From Eledone cirrhosa (Eukaryota): a stretch of 64,000 nucleotides of DNA. Position 1 is the first letter of the stretch. Each line of letters opens with the position of its first letter. This document shows, piece by piece, positions 55,201-64,000 of this stretch. A model generated the notes under the pieces. It worked only from the letters and a program-made list of their open reading frames with translations, ran no database searches and was not told the DNA's origin. Both the position numbers and the translations under genes were made by a program. The DNA is taken from NCBI GenBank assembly GCA_964016885.1, contig CAXHJY010000973.1, forward strand, positions 558,001 to 622,000, given 5' to 3'.

Positions 55201-58200
55201 TATTAACTACTCTCTACTCCAGTGTAACCATAGTAACTACTCTCTACTCCAGTGTAACTATATTAACTACTCTCTACTCCAGTGTAACTATATTACCTAC
55301 TCTCTACTCCAGTGTAACTATATTACCTATTCTCTACTCCAGTGTAACTATATTAACTATTCTGTACTCCCGTGTAACTATATTAACTACTCTCTACTCC
55401 AGTGTAACTATATTAACTACTCTGTACCCCAGTGTAACTATATTAACTACTCTCTACTCCAGTGTAACCATAGTAACTACTCTCTACTCCAGTGTAACCA
55501 TATTAACTACGCTGTACTCCAGTGTAACTATATGAACTACTCTGTACTCCAGTGTAACTATATTAACTACTCTGTACTCCAGTGTAACTATATTAACTAT
55601 TCTGTACGCCAGTGTAACTATATTAACTACTCTCTACTCCAGCGTAACTATATTAACTACTCTGTACTCCAGTGTAACTATATTAACTACTCTGTAATCC
55701 AGTGTAACTATAGTAAGTACTCTGTACCCCAGTGTAACCATATTAACTACTCTGTACTCCAGTGTAACTATATTAACTATTCTGTACTCCAGTGTAACTA
55801 TATTAACTACTCTCTACTCCAGTGTAACTATAGTAAGTACTCTGTACCCCAGTGTAACCATATTAACTACTCTGTACCCCAGTGTAACTATATTAACTAT
55901 TCTGTACTCCAGTGTAACTATATTAACTACTCTCTACTCCAGTGTCACTATATTAACTACTCTGTACCCCAGTGTAACTATATTAACTACTCTCTACTCC
56001 AGTGTAACCATAGTAACTACTCTCTACTCCAGTGTAACTATATTAACTACTCTATAGTCCAGTGTAACTATATTAACTATTCTTTACTCCAGTGTAACTC
56101 TATTAACTACTCTGTACTCCAGTGTAACCATATTAAATACTCTGTACTCCAGTGTAACCATATTAAATACTCTCTACTCCAGTGTAACTATATAAACTAC
56201 TCTCTACTCCAGTGTAATTATAGTAACTACTCTGTACCCCAGTGTAACTATATTAAATACTCTGTACTCCAGTGTAACTATATTAACTACTCTATACTCC
56301 AGTGAAACAATATTAACTACTCTGTACCCCAGTGTAACTATATTACCTACTCTATACTCCAGTGTAACTATATTAACTACTCTTTACTCCAATGTAACTA
56401 TATTAACTACTCTGTACCCCAGTGTAACTATATTAACTACTCTGTACTCCAGTGTAACTATATTAACTACTCTCTACTCCAGTGTAACTATATTAACTAC
56501 TCTGTACTCCACTGAAACTATATTAACTACTCTGTAATCCAGTGTAACTATAGTAACTACTCTGTACCCCAGTGTAACCATATTAACTACTCTGTACTCC
56601 AGTGTAACTATATTAACTACTCTGTACTCCAGTGTAACTATATTAACTACTCTCTACTCCAGTGTAACCATATTAACTACTCTGTACTCCAGTGTCACCA
56701 TATTAACTACTCTATACTTCAGTGTAATTATATTAACTACTCTCTACTCCAGTGTAACTATATTATTAACTACTCTGTACTCCAGTGTAACTATATTACC
56801 TACTCTATACTCCAGTGTAACTATATTAACTACTCTCTACTCCAGTGTAACTATATTAACTACTCTCTACTCCAGTGTAACTATATTAACTACTCTCTAC
56901 TCCAGTGTAACTATATTAACTACTCTGTGCTCCAGTGTAACTATATTAACTACTCTGTACTCCAGTGTAACTATATTAACTACTCTCTACTCCAGTGTAA
57001 CTATATTAACTACTCTATACTCCAGTGTAACTATATTAACTATTCTTTACTCCAGTGTAACTATATTAACTATTCTTTACTCCAGTGTAACTATATTAAC
57101 CATTCTTTACTCCAGTGTAACTATATTAACTACTATGTACACCAGTGTAACCATATTATTAACTACTCTGTACTCCAGTGTAACTATATTAACTACTCTG
57201 TAATCCAGTGTAATTATAGTAAGTACTCTGTACCCCAGTGTAACCATATTAACTACTCTGTACTCCAGTGTAACTATATTAACTATTCTGTACTCCAGTG
57301 TAACTATATTAACTACTCTCTACTCCAGTGTAACTATATTAACTACTCTCTACTCCAGTGTAACTATATTAACTACTCTGTACCCCAGTGTAACTATATT
57401 AACTACTCTCTACTCCAGTGTAACCATAGTAACTACTCTCTACTCCAGTGTAACTATATTAACTACTCTATAGTCCAGTGTAACTATATTAACTATTTTT
57501 ACTCCAGTGTAACCATATTAACTACTCTATACTTCAGTGTACCTATATTAACTACTCTCTACTCCAGAGTAACTATATTATTAACTACTCTGTACTCCAG
57601 TGTAACTATATTACCTACTCTATACTCCAGTGTAACTATATTAACTACTCTATAGTCCAGTGTAACTATATTAACTATTCTTTACTCCAGTGTAACTCTA
57701 TTAACTACTCTGTACTCCAGTGTAACCATATTAAATACTCTGTACTCCAGTGTAACTATATTAACTACTCTCTACTCCAGTGTAACTATATAAACTACTC
57801 TCTACTCCAGTGTAATTATAGTAACTACTCTGTACCCCAGTGTAACTATATTAAATACTCTGTACTCCAGTGTAACTATATTAACTACTCTATACTCCAG
57901 TGAAACAATATTAACTACTCTGTAACCCAGTGTAACTACATTAACTACTCTCTACTCCAGTGTAACTATATTAACTACTCTTTACTCCAGTGTAACTATA
58001 TTAACTACTCTGTACCCCAGTGTAACTATATTAACTACTCTGTACTCCAGTGTAACTATATTAACTACTCTCTACTCCAGTGTAACTATATTAACTACTC
58101 TGTACTCCAGTGTAACTATATTAACTACTCTCTACTCCACTGAAACTATATTAACTACTCTGTAATCCAGTGTAACTATAGTAACTACTCTGTACCCCAG

Positions 58201-61200
58201 TGTAACCATATTAACTACTCTGTACTCCAGTGTAACTATATTAACTACTCTGTACTCCAGTGTAACTATATTAACTACTCTCTACTCCAGTGTAACTATA
58301 TTAACTACTCTATACTCCAGTGTAACGATATTAACTACTCTTTACTCCAGTGTAACTATATTAACTACTCTGTACCCCAGTGTAACTATATTAACTACTC
58401 TGTACTCCAGTGTAACTATATTAACTACTCTCTACTCCAGTGTAACTATATTAACTACTCTGTACTCCAGTGTAACTATATTAACTACTCTCTACTCCAG
58501 TGTAACCATATTAACTACTCTGTACTCCAGTGTCACCATATTAACTACTCTATACTTCAGTGTAATTATATTAACTACTCTCTACTCCAGTGTAATTATA
58601 TTAACTACTCTGTACTCCAGTGTAACTATATTACCTACTCTATACTCCAGTGTAACTATATTAACTACTCTCTACTCCAGTGTAACTATATTAACTACTC
58701 TCTACTCCAGTGTAACTATATTAACTACTCTCTACTCCAGTGTAACTATATTAACTACTCTGTACTCCAGTGTAACCATATTAACTACTCTGTACTCAAG
58801 TGTAACCATATTAACTACTCTGTACTTCAGTGTAACTATATTAACTACTCTCTACTCCAGTGTAACTATATTAACTACTCTCTACTCTATTGTAACTATA
58901 TTGACTACTCTGTACCCCAGTGTAACTATATTAACTACTCTGTACTCCAGTGTAACTATATTAACTACTCTATACTCCAGTGAAACAATATTAACTACTA
59001 TGTACACCAGTGTAACCATATTATTAACTACTCTGTACTCCAGTTTAACACTATTATTAACTACTCTGTACTCCAGTGTAACTATATTAACTACTCTCTA
59101 CTCCAGTGTAACTATATTAACTACTCTGTACTCCAGTGTAACTATATTAACTACTCTCTACTCCAGTGTAACTATATTAACTACTCTATACTCCAGTGAA
59201 ACAATATTAACTAATCTGTACTCCAGTGTAACCATAGTAACTACTCTCTACTCCAGTGTAACCATATTAACTACGCTGTACTCCAGTGTAACCATATTAA
59301 CTACGCTGTACTCCAGTGTAACTATATTAACTACTCTGTACCCCAGTGTAACTATATTAACTACTCTGTACTCCAGTGTAACTATATTAACTACTCTGTA
59401 CTCCAGTGTAACTATATTAACTACTCTGTACCCCAGTGTAACTATATTAACTACTCTGTACCCCAGTGTAACCATATTAACTACTCTGTACTTCAGTGTA
59501 ACCCTATTATTAACTACTCTCTACTCCAGTGTAACCATATTAACTACTCTGTACTTCAGTGTAACCCTATTATTAACTATTCTGTACCCCAGTGTAACTA
59601 TATTAACTACTCTCTACTCCAGTGTAACCATATTAACTACGCTGTACTCCAGTGTAACCATATTAACTACTCTGTACCCCAGTGTAACTATATTAACTAC
59701 TCTCTACTCCAGTGTAACCATAGTAACTACTCTCTACTCCAGTGTAACTATATTAACTACTCTGTACCCCAGTGTAACTATATTAACTACTCTGTAATCC
59801 AGTGTAACTATAGTAAGTACTCTGTACCCCAGTGTAACCATATTAACTACTCTGTACTCCAGTGTAACTATATTAACTACTCTCTACTCCAGTGTAACTA
59901 TATTAACTACTCTGTACCCCAGTGTAACTATATTAACTACTCTCTACTCCAGTGTAACCATAGTAACTACTCTCTACTCCAGTGTAACTATATTAACTAC
60001 TCTATACTCCAGTGTAACTATATTAACTATTCTTTACTCCAGTGTAACCATATTAACTACTCTGTACTCCAGTGTAACCATATTAACTATTCTATACTTC
60101 AGTGTAACTATATTAACTACTCTCTACTCCAGTGTAACTATATTATTAACTACTCTGAACTCCAGTGTAACTATATTACCTACTCTATACTCCAATGTAA
60201 CTATATTAACTATTCTTTACTCCAGTGTAACTATATTAACTACTCTGTACTCCAGTGTAACCATATTAACTACTCTGTACTTCAGTGTAACTATATTAAC
60301 TACTCTCTACTCCAGTGTAACTATATTAACTACTCTCTACTCCAGTGTAACCATATTAACTACTCTGTACTCCAGTGTAACTATATTAACTACTCTCTAC
60401 TCCAGTGTAACTATATTATTAACTACTCTGAACTCCAGTGTAACTATATTACCTACTCTATACTCCAATGTAACTATAGTAAGTACTCTGTACCCATGTG
60501 TAACCATATTAACTACTCTGTACTCCAGTGTAACTATATTAACTATTCTGTACTCCAGTGTAACTATATTAACTACTCTCTACTCCAGTGTAACTATATT
60601 AACTACTCTCTACTCCAGTGTAACTATATTATTAACTACTCTGTACTCCAGTGTAACTATATTACCTACTCTATACTCCAGTGTAACTATATTAACTACT
60701 CTCTACTCCAGTGTAACTATATTAACTACTCTCTACTCCAATGTAACTATATTAACTACTCTGTACTCCAGTGTAACTATATTAACTACTCTCTACTCCA
60801 GTGTAACTCTATTAACTATTCTTTACTCCAGTGTAACTATATTAACTATTCTTTACTCCAGTGTAACTATATTAACTACTCTGTACTCCAGTGTAACCAT
60901 ATTAACTACTCTGTACTTCAGTGTAACTATATTAACTACTCTCTACTCCAGTGTAACTATATTAACTACTCTCTACCCCAGTGTAACTATATTAACTACT
61001 GTGTACTCCAGTGTAACTATATTAACTACTCTATACTCCAGTGAAACAATATTAACTACTCTGTACTCCAGTGTAACTATATTAACTACTCTCTACTCCA
61101 GTGTAACTATATTACCTACTCTATACTCCAATGTAACTATATTAACTATTCTTTACTCCAGTGTAACTATATTAACTACTCTGTACTCCAGTGTAACCAT

Positions 61201-64000
61201 ATTAACTACTCTGTACTCCAGTGTAACCATATTAACTACTCTGTACTCCAATGTAACTATATTAACTATTCTTTACTCCAGTGTAACTATATTAACTACT
61301 CTGTACTTCAGTGTAACTATATTAACTACTCTGTACTTCAGTGTAACTATATTAACTACTCTCTACTCCAGTGTAACTATATTACCTACTCTATACTCCA
61401 ATGTAACTATATTAACTATTCTTTACTCCAGTGTAACTATATTAACTACTCTGTACTCCAGTGTAACCATATTAACTACTCTGTACTCCAATGTAACTAT
61501 ATTAACTACTCTGTACTCCAGTGTAACTATATTAACTACTCTGTAATCCAGTGTAACTATAGTAAGTACTCTGTACCCCAGTGTAACCATATTAACTACT
61601 CTATACTCCAGTGTAACGATATTAACTATTCTTTACTCCAGTGTAACTATATTAACTATTCTTTATTCCAGTGTAACTATATTAACTACTCTGTACTCCA
61701 GTGTAACCATATTAACTACTCTGTACTCCAGTGTAACCATATTAACTACTCTGTACTTCAGTGTAACTATATTAACTACTCTCTACTCCATTGTAACTAT
61801 ATTAACTACTCTCAACTCCAGTGTAACTATATTAACTACTCTGTACCCCAGTGTAACTATATTAACTACTCTGTACTCCAGTGTAACTATATTAACTACT
61901 CTGTACTCCAGTGAAACAATATTAACTAATCTGTACTCCAGTGTAACCATAGTAACTACTCTCTACTCCAGTGTAACCATATTAACTACGCTGTACTCCA
62001 GTGTAAACATATTAACTACGCTGTACTCCAGTGTAACCATATTAACTACGCTGTACTCCAGTGTAACTATATTAACTACTCTGTATCCCAGTGTAACTAT
62101 ATTAACTACTCTGTACCACAGTGTAACTATATTAACTACTCTATACTCCAGTGAAACAATATTAACTACGCTGTAGTCCAGTGTAACCATATTAACTACT
62201 CTGTACTTCCGTGTAACCCTATTATTAACTACTCTCTACTCCAGTGTAACCATATTAACTACTCTGTACTTCAGTGTAACTCTATTATTAACTACTCTGT
62301 ACTCCAGTGTAACTATATTAACTACTCTCTACTCCAGTGTAACTATATTAACTACTCTCTACTCCAGTGTAACTATATTAACTACTCTCTACTCCAGTGT
62401 AACTATTTTACCTACTCTCTACTCCAGTGTAACTATATTACCTATTCTCTACTCCAGTGTATCTATATTAACTACTCTGTACTCCAGTGTAACTATATTA
62501 ACTATTCTGTACGCCAGTGTAACTATATTAACTACTCTCTACTCCAGTGTAACTATATTAACTACTCTATACTCCAGTGTAACTATATTAAATATTCTTT
62601 ACTCCAGTGTAACCATATTAACTACTCTGTACTCCAGTGTAACCATATTAACTACTCTATACTTCAGTGTAACTATATTAACTACTCTCTACTCCAGTGT
62701 AACTATATTATTAACTACTCTGTACTCCAGTGTAACTATATTACCTACTCTATACTCCAATGTAACTATATTAACTATTCTTTACTCCAGTGTAACTATA
62801 TTAACTACTCTGTACTCCAGTGTAACGATATTAACTACTCTGTACTTCAGTGTAACTATATTAACTACTCCCTACTCCAGTGTAACTATATAAACTACTC
62901 TCTACTCCAGTGTAATTATATTAACTACTCTGTACCCCAGTGTAACTATATTAAATACTCTGTACTCCAGTGTAACTATATTAACTACTCTATACTCCAG
63001 TGAAACAATATTAACTACCCTGTACCCCAGTGTAACTATATTAACTACTCTCTACTCCAGTGTAACTATATTAACTACTCTTTACTCCAGTGTGACTATA
63101 TTAACTACTCTGTACCCCAGTGTAACTATATTAACTACTCTGTACTCCAGTGTAACTATATTAACTACTCTCTACTCCAGTGTAACTATATTAACTACTC
63201 TGTACTCCAGTGTAACTATATTAACTAGTCTCTACTCCAGTGAAACTATATTAACTACTCTGTAATCCAGTGTAACTATAGTAACTACTCTGTACCCCAG
63301 TGTAACCATATTAACTACTCTGTACTCCAGTGTAAATATATTAACTACTCTCTACTCCAGTGTAACCATAGTAACTACTCTCTACTCCAGTGTAACTATA
63401 TTAACTACTCTCTACTCCAGTGTAACCATATTAACTACTCTGTACCCCAGTGTAACTATATTAACTACTCTATACTCCAGTGAAACAATATTAACTACTA
63501 TGTACACCAGTGTAACCATATTATTAACTACTCTGTACTCCAGTGTAACCCTATTATTAACTACTCTGTACTCCAGTGTAACTATATTAACTACTCTGTA
63601 CTCCAGTGAAACAATATTAACTAATCTGTACTCCAGTGTAACCATAGTAACTACTCTCTACTCCAGTGTAACCATATTAACTACGCTGTACTCCAGTGTA
63701 ACCATATTAACTACGCTGTACTCCAGTGTAACCATATTAACTACGCTGTACTCCAGTGTAACTATATTAACTATTCTGTACTCCAGTGTAACTATATTAA
63801 CTACTCTCTACTCCAGTGTAACTATATTAACTACTCTGTACTCCAGTCTAACTATATTAACTACTCTGTAATCCAGTGTAACTATAGTAACTACTCTGTA
63901 CCCCAGTGTAACCATATTAACTACTCTGTACTCCAGTGTAACTATATTAACTATTCTGTACTCCCGTGTAACTATATTAACTACTCTCTACTCCAGTGTA
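52217..64000. repeat. 8,834-bp higher-order unit (52217-61050) followed by the start of the next copy (61051 to window end)
   Basis: Offset 8834 for ORFs 53129/61963, 54578/63412 and 54666/63500. Monomer order from 52217 matches that from 61051. Confidence 0.9.

Larger units (their letters stand above)
1..64000. repeat. 30-bp tandem satellite array, consensus ATTAACTACTCT(G/C)TACTCCAGTGTAACTAT, about 2,100 monomers in one orientation, extending beyond both window edges
   Basis: Each 60-nt line holds two monomer copies. The register shifts only at occasional 33-bp monomers (extra TAT) and at 28- or 29-bp monomers. No non-repeat sequence seen anywhere. Confidence 0.99.

Noticed and set aside
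11335-61044. Plus-strand ORFs encoding (NYSVLQCNYI)n Cys-containing repeats
   Set aside because: This is a second stop-free frame of the same repeat, interrupted by the common GTGAAAC (TGA) variant and by 28/29-bp monomers. Several open frames over the same DNA point to an artefact.
4046-63645. Minus-strand ORFs encoding (VTLEYRVVNI)n
   Set aside because: The frame stays open only across runs lacking the position-13 C allele, which creates TAG on the minus strand. ORF extent simply tracks allele runs.
3546-63871. Plus-strand ORFs encoding (TILTTLYSSV)n, superficially mucin-like or Thr/Ser-rich repeat proteins
   Set aside because: The 30-bp unit has no stop codon in this frame, so ORFs are expected by default. 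Starts and stops come from sporadic variants (ATG/GTG/TTG; TAA in GTAATCC, TAG in GTAGTCC). There is no unique N- or C-terminal domain, signal peptide or flanking gene context.
1-64000. CRISPR array (30-bp repeat length, GAAAC-containing variant)
   Set aside because: Repeats abut directly with no unique spacers, no leader and no cas genes. GAAAC is a minority internal variant.
1-64000. Telomerase-synthesised telomeric repeat
   Set aside because: There is no TTAGGG/TTAGG-like or G-run motif. Kb-scale duplicated variant patterns indicate recombination or replication-based copying, not templated addition.
1-64000. Pure sequencing or assembly artefact, or a synthetic concatemer
   Set aside because: Rare variants recur faithfully in collinear order with a nested history and lineage-specific differences, which random error would not produce. 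The near-identical 4,546- and 4,248-bp duplicates still need read-level confirmation.
1-64000. Variant order as a functional code or a diversity-generating cassette system
   Set aside because: The pattern is adequately explained by mutation plus duplication. No recombinase, reverse transcriptase, expression site or other machinery is present in the window.

Overview
The whole 64-kb window is one uninterrupted, head-to-tail, single-orientation tandem array of a 30-bp monomer, consensus ATTAACTACTCT(G/C)TACTCCAGTGTAACTAT (about 33% GC, about 2,100 copies by length). It runs off both ends of the window. I see no credible genes, RNA genes, transposon insertions, inversions or CRISPR spacers. Every listed ORF is a by-product of a repeat unit whose length is a multiple of 3. 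The interest lies in the variant pattern. Rare monomer variants act as a barcode and reveal nested higher-order structure: an old ~2.2-2.5-kb periodic cassette, a ~13.5-14.0-kb duplication, tandem duplications of 2,498, 4,546, ~3,306 and 4,248 bp, a ~12.8-kb-offset copy and an 8,834-bp unit. Some of these events can be ordered in time, and one breakpoint maps to about 6 bp. This looks like eukaryotic satellite DNA (inference). I cannot name the organism or repeat family, and the sequence alone does not support a novel gene system here.
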